A stretch of 64,000 nucleotides of DNA from Thermoproteota archaeon (GCA_030550585.1 JAUQPB010000002.1:325184-389183), one strand, 5' to 3'; shown: positions 9,505 through 19,933, numbered from the stretch's first letter. Program-made: numbers and translations. Notes: a model not told the origin generated them from the letters alone.

Positions 9505-10773
9505 TTGAAGCCTATTGTTGTTGTCCCCTTTGCATCTGAGATTCATGGAAAGGAGTACTACGCCAATGTTTTAGAGGTTTTTAGGAAGCATCTCAGTAGA
9601 TATGGTATAGAGTTCCACAGCGAAATTGTTGTGTCTGCCGAGGCTGCTGAGAAGCTGGGTAGCAGATACCAGGGGTTTATACCAATAGCGCTTGTCTTGA
9701 CTGGTGGCACGAGTAACCTTATCTACAGGTTTGTGTCTACAGGCTCTATAGACAAGGTCTTTATACTTGCCCATACGGAGCACAATAGCCTTGCCTCAGC
9801 TGTTTCTGCTAGAAGCAAGATTGAGAGGGATGGGTATTCAGCTGGGCTCTACTGGTGTGAAGAGTACTACTCTATCGACTGTGAGAATGTTGTTGACAAG
9901 CTGATGGCTGTTGCAAGAGCTGTTGCATTCATTGACGGCTCTAAGGTCGCTGTGGTTGCTGATAGGGAAAAGGGTGATGTAGAGGATGCTTTTGAGTCTA
10001 GATTCAATGCAACAGTCGATATTGTATCTACATCAAGAATAGCCTCGATGATGGATTCCGCCCCAAGGGAGAGGGTAGAGGCTGTCGCCAGAGAGATAGA
10101 GTCGAAGATAGAGTTTGAGGCATCTAAAGAGGCTTTGGAGAAGGTTTCCAGGCTTTACATAGCTCTTGAGAGCCTTGCCAAGGAGAACAAATACGATGTT
10201 GTAACAATAGACTGTTTCCCATTCATACTAAAATATGGTGTAACACCATGCATACCACTATCGCTGCTAAACAGCAAGGGGATTACAGCTGTTTGCGAAG
10301 CAGATCTAACAGCTGTTTTCGGTATGCTTCTAGCAAGGGGTTTGACAGGTAGGAGTGGGTGGATAGGAAATGTAGTGTCATTCAAATCCAGATCAGCTAT
10401 GCTAGCCCACTGCACAATAGCCCTCGACCTAGTCTCTGGAAAGCCTAGGGCTATACAGCATTTTGAGTCTGGAGCTCCATACGCAATAACAGCATCTGTA
10501 GAAAATGCTGTAGCAACTATAGTGTCTGTCGACAGGGACTTCACCATAGCCATAGCCGACAGGGGGAGGATAGTAAAATCCGGTCTACTAACATACTCAA
10601 CATGCAGAACACAGATAATGCTAGAATTTGACTTCCCAGTTGAGCACATACCTAGGTATGCCCCGTCAAACCACCACATTATGATGTTTGGAGACTTTGT
10701 TGATGAGATTAGAGAAGTTGCCTACATGTTCAACATGGATGCGGCAACATATAGAGAGCTTGTTGGCTGGTGA
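9505..10773 (+). CDS. L-fucose/L-arabinose isomerase-like protein
   Basis: TGGT, HNSLAS, IDCFP, TPC, CEAD, AHCT, HFESG, CRTQ, NHH motifs. Confidence 0.8.
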   Translation: MKPIVVVPFASEIHGKEYYANVLEVFRKHLSRYGIEFHSEIVVSAEAAEKLGSRYQGFIPIALVLTGGTSNLIYRFVSTGSIDKVFILAHTEHNSLASAVSARSKIERDGYSAGLYWCEEYYSIDCENVVDKLMAVARAVAFIDGSKVAVVADREKGDVEDAFESRFNATVDIVSTSRIASMMDSAPRERVEAVAREIESKIEFEASKEALEKVSRLYIALESLAKENKYDVVTIDCFPFILKYGVTPCIPLSLLNSKGITAVCEADLTAVFGMLLARGLTGRSGWIGNVVSFKSRSAMLAHCTIALDLVSGKPRAIQHFESGAPYAITASVENAVATIVSVDRDFTIAIADRGRIVKSGLLTYSTCRTQIMLEFDFPVEHIPRYAPSNHHIMMFGDFVDEIREVAYMFNMDAATYRELVGW

Positions 10774-11324
10774 AAATGGATTTTGCAAAGCCCAAACACT
10801 TCTACTACCTCTTGCATCCAAGACCAGTTGTAGTAATACTGTCGGTGTGCGAGGGTGGGAGATACAATGCTATGCCAGCTTCTTGGATAACACCAGTATC
10901 CGAAGAACCGCCGACAATAGCTGTTGCAATCGATAGAGAGTCATATACATTCACATGCATCGAATATTCGAAGGAGGCCACATTCAACATACCATCTGCT
11001 CAGCATGTAGATGTTGTGTACAAGCTTGGGAGCGTCTCTGGTAGAAGCGTTGACAAGATAAAGATGTTTGGTCTTAGCCTAGCAAAAGCGAATAGGGTTG
11101 GCGCACCTATTTGGCAAGATGCCATTGGATGGCTGGAGGGTAGGGTCACAAGCTTTGTAGACGTCGGCGAGGTAAGGCTATATGTTTTCGAGGTTCTAGA
11201 CTATTACGCAAAAGCTGATGCTATATCAGAGTGGGGGTGGCAGCTACAGAAAGCTAATCCGATTCACCACGGGGCTGGCAGATGGTTCTATCTAGTCGGC
11301 AGACACATAGCAGCATCCAAATAA
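10770..11324 (+). CDS. Flavin reductase-like FMN-binding protein
   Basis: LLHPRP, NAMPASW, GSVSGR.VDK. Confidence 0.85.
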   Translation: MKMDFAKPKHFYYLLHPRPVVVILSVCEGGRYNAMPASWITPVSEEPPTIAVAIDRESYTFTCIEYSKEATFNIPSAQHVDVVYKLGSVSGRSVDKIKMFGLSLAKANRVGAPIWQDAIGWLEGRVTSFVDVGEVRLYVFEVLDYYAKADAISEWGWQLQKANPIHHGAGRWFYLVGRHIAASK

Positions 11325-11354
11325 AATATTAATCTTTTTTCCACAGTATTAAAG

Positions 11355-11410
11355 CTGATGATTGGTCCTAGCCAGCCTGACTGAAATGTGATGAGCGGAC
11401 CACGAAATGA
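11355..11410 (+). ncRNA. C/D box sRNA
   Basis: C CTGATGA 11355-61, D' CTGA (11377-80 or 11381-84), C' GTGATGA 11388-94, 12-nt guide, variant D ATGA 11407-10; lies between convergent genes. Confidence 0.7.
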
Positions 11411-11412
11411 TT

Positions 11413-12330
11413 CTAAACAAGGACAATACCATTCTCTATATAGCTCAAAGCCTTTTCCCTATCCACAAGCTTATTCGGTTCGACAACAAGCGCACCAGCA
11501 TACGAATTTCCATAGTAGCCCTTCATGGAGAATAGCGTTAGAACCCTCTTTCCATGGTTAAACCTGTAGCCGTTGCATGGTTCATGCCCCCTCACAGCGA
11601 TAACCACATTGAGTTTCCTCAGAAGAGTCTCAGTTATTTTCCTACCCCACACAACCCCAGCTCCCCTAACAAAGTTGAAATCATGCTCCTCAATCTCTTC
11701 GCTTGGATCGCTCCACAGAATCTCTTCAAAATCACTTGCATCAACATTCAAAATATCTTCAACTCCATCAAATTTTAGAAGTCTCGATACTGGTGGACCT
11801 CCATGAAAAGCAACTAGTGTGTTTGGTATGTAGAGTATTAGGGGAAGCAAATCAAATATTTTTTGAAACAAGTTGTAGAGTTCTTCGCCATTCACATAGC
11901 CGAATGCCTCTATGAGCTTATATGGAAAGTCGTGTGGCGATGGAAGAAGTTGTGGAGGGGGCTCGTGGTTTCCCCTCAAAAGAACTATCCTATCATTCCA
12001 ATCCTTCTTAAGCATAGCTATTAAGGCAACCGTTCTGATTTGCTCATCGCCTCTATCGATATAGTCTCCAAGGAAAACTATCCTACCTCCATCTCTGAGA
12101 ATGTCTAGTGCCTTAACCTTTTCTAAAATGTTTAGAAGTGTGTAGTAGTCTCCATGCACATCTCCTATGAAAACTGTTCTGCATTTACAATCGAGTTTAA
12201 CAAATTTTCTGTCGTTTCTAAGTCTAGATTCAAATTGTAGTGTGTTGTAGAGCTCCTCGGTTAGTATCCTGAACTCGCTGTAGTCTCTAACAACAAGCTC
12301 TACCTTGGCTATATAGTCTCCTAGACTCAT
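11413..12330 (-). CDS. PPP-family serine/threonine protein phosphatase
   Basis: GDVHGD, GDYIDRG, LRGNHE, HGG, LWSDP, RGHE, TLFS. Confidence 0.92.
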   Translation of the reverse strand: MSLGDYIAKVELVVRDYSEFRILTEELYNTLQFESRLRNDRKFVKLDCKCRTVFIGDVHGDYYTLLNILEKVKALDILRDGGRIVFLGDYIDRGDEQIRTVALIAMLKKDWNDRIVLLRGNHEPPPQLLPSPHDFPYKLIEAFGYVNGEELYNLFQKIFDLLPLILYIPNTLVAFHGGPPVSRLLKFDGVEDILNVDASDFEEILWSDPSEEIEEHDFNFVRGAGVVWGRKITETLLRKLNVVIAVRGHEPCNGYRFNHGKRVLTLFSMKGYYGNSYAGALVVEPNKLVDREKALSYIENGIVLV

Positions 12331-12406
12331 TGATTATAGACACCACTGAAATGCGGCGACAGGTATAAGTATCTTTCCTAGGGTTTAAAATTTGAGCTGT
12401 GGTCAC

Positions 12407-13489
12407 ATGGCAAGACCTAGAGCCATAGCTATTCACATTCCAGTCCACAGCTGGTCTAAAGATGAGATTGTGTCGAATGCAATATCATTTGGCGACAAGG
12501 TTTTCAGCTGTTTAAAGAGTGTTGGCTTGGAGGTGTGGACAAAGAGGTTTATTCTTCCGGTATTACCGGAAAATTCGTTGGGTTGTAGAGACATTGAGCA
12601 TATAGTTAATGAGATTAGCGGGTCCATGGGGGATAGAATACTTGTAGCGTTTCCACTTTCACCGTCTAGCCAATGCTTAAAAGAGTTGCATAGCCTATCA
12701 AATGTTGACTCAGCATATTTCTCAACAAGTTGCGGAGATGGGGATTGTATAAAAAAGGTTGTTGAACATGTTTATTCTGGGCATAGAAATGTGGAGCTAG
12801 ACTTATTCACAAGATTTGCAATATCTTTTGGCATGTGGATAGAGACCCCATATTTCCCAGCAACAGCAAACATATCCAATGTTCTCGGTTTTAGTGCAGC
12901 TCTCAGATATGTTGATGTTGTATCGCAGGCACTGCTTTATAGCAGAACCCAGCTTCTCAGAGACTTTCTCGAGAATGTTGGTAAGAGGCTTGAGGAGTCT
13001 GCCAGATGTAGCAATGTAGCTTTTCTGGGTATAGACTACTCATTGTCTCCGTGGGTTGAGGAGGGAGAGAGCATTGCAAGTCTCATAGAGTCTCTGAGCA
13101 ACTCTAGAATGGGGTTCCCAGGGATCCTATCCACAATATATGCTCTGAACACATTTTTGAGGGGGCTGATCAAAAAGGTTGGGATAAGACACATGGGCTT
13201 TAACGAGGTTATGCTACCTGTGGCAGAGGATCTTGTGCTCAACAACCGTGTGAGAGAGAGCTTTGTCACGGTCAGGGATCTGATAGCCTATAGTTTTGCA
13301 TGTGTTACCGGTCTTGACATGGTTGCTTTGCCGAGGGATGCAGACATCTATAGAATTGCATTGGATATGCTAACAGTTTACAGAGTTAAGAACAGGGTTG
13401 TGGCGATGAGGGCTATTCCAACAGATTTTGATGTGTCTAGCGAGGTAAAGCTAAAGAATTTTGGGGTAACATATGTAGCAAGGCTTTGA
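12407..13489 (+). CDS. DUF711 (UPF0210) family protein
   Basis: TPYFPA, GIDYSLSP, GFNEVMLPVAED, CVTGLDMV. Confidence 0.8.
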   Translation: MARPRAIAIHIPVHSWSKDEIVSNAISFGDKVFSCLKSVGLEVWTKRFILPVLPENSLGCRDIEHIVNEISGSMGDRILVAFPLSPSSQCLKELHSLSNVDSAYFSTSCGDGDCIKKVVEHVYSGHRNVELDLFTRFAISFGMWIETPYFPATANISNVLGFSAALRYVDVVSQALLYSRTQLLRDFLENVGKRLEESARCSNVAFLGIDYSLSPWVEEGESIASLIESLSNSRMGFPGILSTIYALNTFLRGLIKKVGIRHMGFNEVMLPVAEDLVLNNRVRESFVTVRDLIAYSFACVTGLDMVALPRDADIYRIALDMLTVYRVKNRVVAMRAIPTDFDVSSEVKLKNFGVTYVARL

Positions 13490-13498
13490 GGCGATTGC

Positions 13499-14518
13499 AT
13501 GGCAGCTACAATGTATCCAGAGCTTGCAAGACTTCTCCTCATTTTGAGAAATAAAATGGGTTTGGAGATAGATAAGAAAAGGGGTAGTATAACAGATGCA
13601 ATTTCGTCTATAGAATGGATCCCCATAGGCGATGAGAAGAATGTGTGCAAAGCTGTTGCAGCATCTGACTCTAGCTTCATACTTGTTGAGTCTAGGATAG
13701 CAATGCTATATGTGTTGCAGGGGATATCACAGCTCTACACAATTGACAGTGGGAAGATAGCTACAAGAGATAGTGATAGATTCTATGACGCTGGCTTCAT
13801 AGAGTCGACAGATAGGAGGGTAGCGACGAGAAGGTCTGCATTCAAAAAGGCTTTGACAGCACATGCATATCTGAATGAGGTTGAATCCATTGGAAGAATA
13901 GCATCTAGAGGTAGCATAGATCTAGCTCTTCTCGACGGCTCTCTGCTCTCATTTCTCGTTGCAAGAAGGGACATTGCCAAGAGCATGACTATTGAAAGTG
14001 TTTATGGATCCAAGGATCTGAACTATGTGTATAGCAGAAAGGTGCAGACCATTGAGGAGCTAGCGCAGAAGACAACACTGGTTTTCACAGCTAAATCGAG
14101 CAGCGTTAGCTTCTATACACAATCTAACTACACAGATTTTCAACTATTTGAAATGGCTAGAATATACAGAATTCCACCATATTTTGAAGCCGGATACTCA
14201 AAGCCTTTAGATATAGAGTTGAGTGGAGATATAAAGAGGTTTCTAGGGCTCGAGGAATGCAGTTTAAAGGGCTTTATAGTGACTTATGCAAGGCTTCAGA
14301 GAAACTCCCAGGTGTTTCAGTTGAGTATTCCGTACATAGATAGGAAGCCCGATATAGACATGGTTGTAAAGTGTGTTAGAGCGTTCTCTCCAGCCGGCTA
14401 TCCACTACCCCTTGATGTTGTTCACAGGTTGAGCAAATTGTCTAGGAGGAGCTTGAAAGAGTTTCTAATTAGAGTGGGATTTCCTGTAGCCTCTGGAAGA
14501 GAGTTTATAGAGCTCTAG
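13499..14518 (+). CDS. NurA-family nuclease
   Basis: AASDSS, E in YLNEVE, LLDGSL, AKSS, GYPLPL..VH..SK. Confidence 0.75.
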   Translation: MAATMYPELARLLLILRNKMGLEIDKKRGSITDAISSIEWIPIGDEKNVCKAVAASDSSFILVESRIAMLYVLQGISQLYTIDSGKIATRDSDRFYDAGFIESTDRRVATRRSAFKKALTAHAYLNEVESIGRIASRGSIDLALLDGSLLSFLVARRDIAKSMTIESVYGSKDLNYVYSRKVQTIEELAQKTTLVFTAKSSSVSFYTQSNYTDFQLFEMARIYRIPPYFEAGYSKPLDIELSGDIKRFLGLEECSLKGFIVTYARLQRNSQVFQLSIPYIDRKPDIDMVVKCVRAFSPAGYPLPLDVVHRLSKLSRRSLKEFLIRVGFPVASGREFIEL

Positions 14519-14985
14519 TTCTCTCCGCATCTAACGCTCTTCAAAATCTCCTCCACATATCTCCTAAAATACTGGTATGGCATATACCCAAGCAGTGCAT
14601 CAACAGCCCTTCTATCTATTACCACAACGGTTGTCGGTGTTGAGTACACGCCAAACTCCATTGCAACCTCTGGAACATAGTCGGCGTTGGCTTCTATGAA
14701 TGCTGCTGACCCCCTAAACTCTTCAGCCACCTTGGCAAATATCGGTTTAAACATTCTGCAGTACGGGCAGTAAGTCGTTGTTACAAGAACAAAGGCAACT
14801 CTACAACTGTTTATAGCATCCATGAACTCCTCTACGCTGTGTATAGATCTAAACCCATATGATGCTCTACAACACCTCGTTCTATCCTCAGTTCTAGGAG
14901 CTTTCGAAAGCTCTAGAGTCATTCTATCCAATATCTCATCGATATCCTCCTCAACTATATGACCGGCTCTATCTATTCCACGCAT
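14515..14985 (-). CDS. Thioredoxin family protein
   Basis: CPYC active site, cis-Pro STPT; ATG 14985 follows GGTG. Confidence 0.88.
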   Translation of the reverse strand: MRGIDRAGHIVEEDIDEILDRMTLELSKAPRTEDRTRCCRASYGFRSIHSVEEFMDAINSCRVAFVLVTTTYCPYCRMFKPIFAKVAEEFRGSAAFIEANADYVPEVAMEFGVYSTPTTVVVIDRRAVDALLGYMPYQYFRRYVEEILKSVRCGEN

Positions 14986-15062
14986 TATAGACACCAAGGG
15001 AATATTAGACACGTTGGGTTAATAAGTTCAGCCGCCGTGAAAAAACTGCAAAACAATATCGC

Positions 15063-15076
15063 TTAGGCTAGCCTCA
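15063..15076. promoter_or_regulatory. Possible DtxR-family operator
   Basis: TTAGGCTAGCCTCA, close to the DtxR-type palindrome TTAGGTTAGCCTAA; lies between divergent genes. Confidence 0.35.
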
Positions 15077-15150
15077 TTAAATGGTTAAAGCATTTAAGCT
15101 CAGAAAGAGATTCTCACTAATGCTAGGAGTTTCAGAGGTTTTGTAGCTCA

Positions 15151-15924
15151 ATGTCCAAGACGCTTATAGATGTTCTAGACCTGCTAGACTCTTTTCCCCA
15201 CTACTCCCAAGAGTTCAAAGCAAGGATTCAGTACATGGACCTAACCTTTCTTGTGGGTAGATATTACATAGCCATTCACAGTATTTTCTTTCCAGCTGTT
15301 GCAGATTTCGAGGATCTCCCTGTCCAAAGAGTTTTCCTCGAGCCTATAGCAACGATATATATACAAGAGAGCAAAACCGTTGTCTACTTCCGTCAAAATG
15401 ATAGACTAGACATTTTTAGAGAACATGAGCTGGGCAAGGTACCTGTCATAAGCTTGTCAGAGGATGAGAAGCTTCTTGTTTTGGCTGCCTCCGCCATTGC
15501 AGACAAGATTATTGAGAGCCCTAGTGAGAAGAACATTTTGCGTGTTCTGCCAAGCAATTTGAGAACATATGTCGAGGCAGCTATAGATGCTATGAAGATG
15601 GATTTTCCCAGAGAGGGGGTGGGGGCTGGACAAAAAACAGGTTTGGAGGCTCTTGGAAGAAAGATTCTAGAGTATGTTCTGTGGCTAGGCAAGGCAAATT
15701 ATGATGTTGTTAAGGAGATTGACTATGTTTTCGGCGTTACCATGAGGACTCTGAGGATAAGGTACCAAAGCTTCGATGTTGAGATAAAGGCGTTTTCCAG
15801 AACTGGTGTTGTTGAATCTCTTAATGTTATTGAAAAGATTCTTCCGATAAACATCGCTTCCAGTATTATTAAAAACATTGAGAAGTCTTTCAAAGTTCTG
15901 TATGTTGCTTCGAATCTTCTATAA
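15151..15924 (+). CDS. Hypothetical protein (possible distant paralog of 61393-62226)
   Basis: 257-aa ORF with native-looking codon usage; no recognisable motif. Confidence 0.7.
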   Translation: MSKTLIDVLDLLDSFPHYSQEFKARIQYMDLTFLVGRYYIAIHSIFFPAVADFEDLPVQRVFLEPIATIYIQESKTVVYFRQNDRLDIFREHELGKVPVISLSEDEKLLVLAASAIADKIIESPSEKNILRVLPSNLRTYVEAAIDAMKMDFPREGVGAGQKTGLEALGRKILEYVLWLGKANYDVVKEIDYVFGVTMRTLRIRYQSFDVEIKAFSRTGVVESLNVIEKILPINIASSIIKNIEKSFKVLYVASNLL

Positions 15925-15945
15925 CATTCAATTCAAAACAATAAA

Positions 15946-15961
15946 TTTAGACACATCTAAA
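15946..15961. promoter_or_regulatory. Palindromic operator at the feoB promoter
   Basis: TTTAGA-CACA-TCTAAA directly before the TATA-like CTTATTAA. Confidence 0.45.
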
Positions 15962-16004
15962 CTTATTAACGCCACTATTAGTCGAATTAATTGGTGCATA
16001 GAGT

Positions 16005-18110
16005 TTGTCGGAGCTTCGCAAAGGGCAATGCGACAGTGTTATAGCTGTTGTAGGTCAGCCTAATGTCGGTAAATCAACTCTATTCAATGTCTTGACAGGT
16101 AGAAGAGAGAGGGTAGGCAATTTCCCAGGTACAACAGTTGCTATGAGCATTGGTAGAAGGAGGTATGGAGACAAAACCATGTGTTTTGTTGATCTCCCCG
16201 GGATCTATGATTTAAAAGCTGTTTCTCTTGATGAGAAGATAGCTAGGGACTATATAGTTTTTGGGGATTGGGATGCTATTCTAATACTAGTTGATTTGAC
16301 TGGAGGTTTAGAGGGACTGTACCTAGCTCTGCAAGTTCTTCAGCTAACGGATAGAGCTGTTGTGGCTTTGACCAAGTGGGACGAGGTTACCAAGCGTAGA
16401 ATAAGAGTTGATTTAGACGGGCTGAGTAGGATCCTAGGAGTTCCTGTGGTACCTATATCAGCTCTTAGGGGGGAGGGCATAGAGGATTTGCTGAAAGCCT
16501 TAGAGTCGGTTGTCGAGACATCCAGTAGAAAAGCTGCTAAGGGTATACACATTGACTATGGCTCTCTAGAAAACACATTGAATAGCATTGTGAAAGAGGT
16601 TACAAACAGCTTTAAGAGTGATAGGATCGACCCTAGAGGGCTTGTAGCATTGATTGCTAGAGGGAACATCGATATTGCTGAGAAGATTGGCCTGTCTCAT
16701 ATAGCCAGAGTGCTGGAGGACACAGCCAAATCTATGAACATTGATGTTGGTGAACACATTGCAGAAAGCATATACAGATTCATTAGAGGCACCTTCACAA
16801 GCCTCATAGCCATAGAGCCTTTGGAGAGATTCGAGAAGAAGGGGTTTGCATACAAGGTTTTTGGGAATCCCTATACAGGCTTTGTAGCAACAGTTGCGAC
16901 ACTGTTTTCAGCTATTTTCATAGCATTTGCGGTTAACACAGGCTTTCCATTCACAACCATTTTAGAGGCTCTTGGAAGAAGCGACTTGGCAGAGGCGCTA
17001 GAGTCCTACACAATCTCTGGACTAATATCGCAGGCTTTCGACTATCTCAAGAACTGGGTACAAAGCTCTTTGGGATCTGCACACCCTGTTCTAGCTAGTC
17101 TACTCGCCAACGGTATTATAGAGGGTGTTGGTGTTGTGTCTTCATTCATCCCACTGATAATGATAACCATGATGATTATGTCTGCCATTGAGGACTCTGG
17201 TCTAGGGCCGCTAATGGCAATATCCATGCATAGCCTATTCGCAAAATTCGGTTTGAGCGGCAGGGCCATATACCCCCTCTTCATATCTCTTGGATGCAAT
17301 GTGCCGGGGGTCATGGCCTCTAGAGCAGCTTTAGACGATGCTGAGAGGTTCGAGATAATAGCTGCTGCCTCTTTCATTCCATGCCAGGCAAGACTAATCG
17401 TCATGCTTGCACTAGTAGGCTTTCTATTCCCAGGCAACCCAGCTCTCCAAGCACTTGTGGTTATAGGTGTTTACTTTGGTGGTGCAGTACTATACCTATT
17501 AACAGCGAAGATTTTTAGAAGAGGTGTGTTGAGGGTTTCAACACCTCCAGAACTTATACTGGAGCTTCCTAGTCTGCACAAGCCGAGTCTAAAGGTTGTT
17601 TGGTGGGATAGCTGGTCACTAACAAAACACTTCATTGTCAGAGCCGGAACGGTGCTTGTCCTTCTAGTAGCAGTTGTATGGGCTTTAACAAGCTTTGGGC
17701 CAGAGGGATTCGTTGAAGACCCCTCTCAAAGCTGGGCCTCCAACATTGGGAGGCTAATAGGATATGCAATAAAGCCTCTGTATGGATTGAGCGAGGACTC
17801 TAGCTGGAAAATTGGATTTGCACTGCTAACAGGCTTTATAGCTAAGGAGAATCTGTTGGCAACAATAGCTGTTATGACTGGTGCTGAGGAGTATCAATCT
17901 GCCCTCCAAGCGCTTGGGCTAACAGTTGCCCAAGGGATTGCAATACTAGTTCTATTCATGTACTATGTCCCATGCCTAGCCACAGTAAGTATGATATATG
18001 CTGAGAGCAAGAGCATTAGATTCACACTACTTGTGGTGGCTTATATAGTAGCTGTAGCACTTCTAGCATCTCTCTTGGTCTATGGAACAGCCATTCTTCT
18101 GCAGCATTGA
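16005..18110 (+). CDS. feoB: Ferrous iron transporter FeoB
   Basis: GQPNVGKST, VGNFPGTTV, DLPG, TKWD, EDSG, GCNVP, IPCQAR, YVPCLAT. Confidence 0.95.
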   Translation: MSELRKGQCDSVIAVVGQPNVGKSTLFNVLTGRRERVGNFPGTTVAMSIGRRRYGDKTMCFVDLPGIYDLKAVSLDEKIARDYIVFGDWDAILILVDLTGGLEGLYLALQVLQLTDRAVVALTKWDEVTKRRIRVDLDGLSRILGVPVVPISALRGEGIEDLLKALESVVETSSRKAAKGIHIDYGSLENTLNSIVKEVTNSFKSDRIDPRGLVALIARGNIDIAEKIGLSHIARVLEDTAKSMNIDVGEHIAESIYRFIRGTFTSLIAIEPLERFEKKGFAYKVFGNPYTGFVATVATLFSAIFIAFAVNTGFPFTTILEALGRSDLAEALESYTISGLISQAFDYLKNWVQSSLGSAHPVLASLLANGIIEGVGVVSSFIPLIMITMMIMSAIEDSGLGPLMAISMHSLFAKFGLSGRAIYPLFISLGCNVPGVMASRAALDDAERFEIIAAASFIPCQARLIVMLALVGFLFPGNPALQALVVIGVYFGGAVLYLLTAKIFRRGVLRVSTPPELILELPSLHKPSLKVVWWDSWSLTKHFIVRAGTVLVLLVAVVWALTSFGPEGFVEDPSQSWASNIGRLIGYAIKPLYGLSEDSSWKIGFALLTGFIAKENLLATIAVMTGAEEYQSALQALGLTVAQGIAILVLFMYYVPCLATVSMIYAESKSIRFTLLVVAYIVAVALLASLLVYGTAILLQH

Positions 18111-18126
18111 ATTGCTTCTAAAGATT

Positions 18127-18140
18127 TTAGACTAGTCAAA
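18127..18140. promoter_or_regulatory. Palindromic operator at the feoA promoter
   Basis: TTAGACTAGTCAAA directly before the same CTTATTAAC element found at feoB. Confidence 0.45.
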
Positions 18141-18168
18141 CTTATTAACCCTAGCAAAAAATTTTAGA

Positions 18169-18435
18169 GTGGATCAGTTATCGCAGAGGCGATTAAAGGT
18201 GTATCTAGCGGATCTGCCACCAAATGCAGTAGCTACGGTAGTAGACATTGTTGCGGGTCCAGGGCTGAAGGCAAGGCTGATAGGAATGGGGTTTGTCAAT
18301 GGGGCGAAGATAAAGGTTATAGACAATAGCTCTGGCCATGTCATAGTAGCTCTTGACAGTGGTTTTGGTAGGGTGGTCGCTCTTTCGAGGGGGGTTGCAA
18401 ACAAGATTATTGTTGAGGTTTCTCAACAGAGTTGA
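18169..18435 (+). CDS. feoA: FeoA protein
   Basis: RL.GMGF..GAKI, VALSRGVANKIIV; downstream of feoB. Confidence 0.9.
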   Translation: MDQLSQRRLKVYLADLPPNAVATVVDIVAGPGLKARLIGMGFVNGAKIKVIDNSSGHVIVALDSGFGRVVALSRGVANKIIVEVSQQS

Positions 18436-18517
18436 AAATCAGGGCAATGCCGCTGATCAAATATTTATACCCCTATAAATAAGCTTGGTATAAGCTATAG
18501 CTTGGTGAAAAATAATT

Positions 18518-19933
18518 ATGCCTCTATTCACAAAGATAATAGCGTCTATAGGCCCTGCAAGCAGTGATGCAGCAACTATCTTCAGCATGGTTAAGGCTGG
18601 GGTTTCTGGGTTCCGAATAAACTTTTCTCATGGCTCTCCCGAAGACTGGGCAAAATATGTTGATGCCATTAGATCTGCTGAAAGCAGGCTTGGAAGACCC
18701 GTTGCATTGATAGGAGATCTGCAGGGTCCTTCGATTAGAATTGGTAGGGTTGAGCAGCCAATAGTTTTAAAGAAAGGTGAAACGGCTCGTATTATGCCTG
18801 GCTCAGAGGCTAAGGGTGGCGATGAAAAGGTTATTCCCATGCCTATAAACAAGTTTTTTGATGTTATTGAAGAGGGAGATATTCTTGTAATGGATGATGG
18901 GAGGACAAGGCTCAGAGTCTCAGATATTCAAACAGACTACATCGAGATAACCGCTTTGACAGACTCAGTTATAACATCTAGAAAAGCGGTTACCATATAC
19001 AACAAGGAGATTGATCTACCTCCTCTCAGCGAGACTGATATGAACAATGTGAAGTTTGCTATAGCCCATGATTTCGACTACATCGGGCTTAGCTATGTTA
19101 GGAGTGGGAGTGACATAGACATTCTAAGGGACTATCTTAGAAGGGTTGGGAGAGAGGATATTGGGATAATAGCTAAGATAGAGACTAAGAGTGCTATAAA
19201 GAATTTGGATGAGATTATTGAGAAGAGCGATGCTGTTCTAGTTGCAAGAGGCGATCTGGGAATGAACTTCGGGCTAGAGGAGATACACTCTCTCCAGAGC
19301 ACAATCGTTGACAAGGCTCTACAACACAGAAAACCTGTTATCGTGGCAACACAGCTTCTAGAGTCAATGGTTGAAAAGCCTGTTCCAACAAGAGCAGAGG
19401 TCGTCGATGTTAGCACAGCTGTTGAGATGGGTGTAGACGCTTTGATGCTGACTGGAGAGACAGCAGTTGGCAAATACCCTCTAGAAGCTGTTTCATGGCT
19501 GATAAAAATCGTTAACTTCGTGGAGAAAAGCACTCTCAAAAGCGAGTTCGAGGACATAGCCAAGAAGGCTAGGAAAAACATAAGCGAGCTCAAGCTAATG
19601 TTTGCAAAAGGCGTTATAGAGCTCGCAGAGGACATGAATGCTAAGCTAGTTGTCTTCAGCATATACGGAAACACAGCAAAGAGAATATCATCGCTAAGAC
19701 CAACAATACCAGTTTATGTGGGCTCCTCAAACACATCGATAATGAGAAAACTAGCCATACTATGGGGGGTACAGCCAATACAGGTAGACGCAAACAACTA
19801 TGAAGAGGGTCTGCAAAAAGCTGTGCAAAAAGCCATAGAGCTTGGGTATATAGGCTACGGAGACCTAGTCATAGCAACATATGGATTGAAAGAGCCTAGA
19901 CAGAGAATAGAGATCCAGAGAATAGTTAGCTGA
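18518..19933 (+). CDS. pyk: Pyruvate kinase
   Basis: TKIIASIGPAS, RINFSHG, DLQGP, AKIE, ARGDLG, ATQLLESM, PTRAE, LTGETAVGKYP. Confidence 0.97.
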   Translation: MPLFTKIIASIGPASSDAATIFSMVKAGVSGFRINFSHGSPEDWAKYVDAIRSAESRLGRPVALIGDLQGPSIRIGRVEQPIVLKKGETARIMPGSEAKGGDEKVIPMPINKFFDVIEEGDILVMDDGRTRLRVSDIQTDYIEITALTDSVITSRKAVTIYNKEIDLPPLSETDMNNVKFAIAHDFDYIGLSYVRSGSDIDILRDYLRRVGREDIGIIAKIETKSAIKNLDEIIEKSDAVLVARGDLGMNFGLEEIHSLQSTIVDKALQHRKPVIVATQLLESMVEKPVPTRAEVVDVSTAVEMGVDALMLTGETAVGKYPLEAVSWLIKIVNFVEKSTLKSEFEDIAKKARKNISELKLMFAKGVIELAEDMNAKLVVFSIYGNTAKRISSLRPTIPVYVGSSNTSIMRKLAILWGVQPIQVDANNYEEGLQKAVQKAIELGYIGYGDLVIATYGLKEPRQRIEIQRIVS

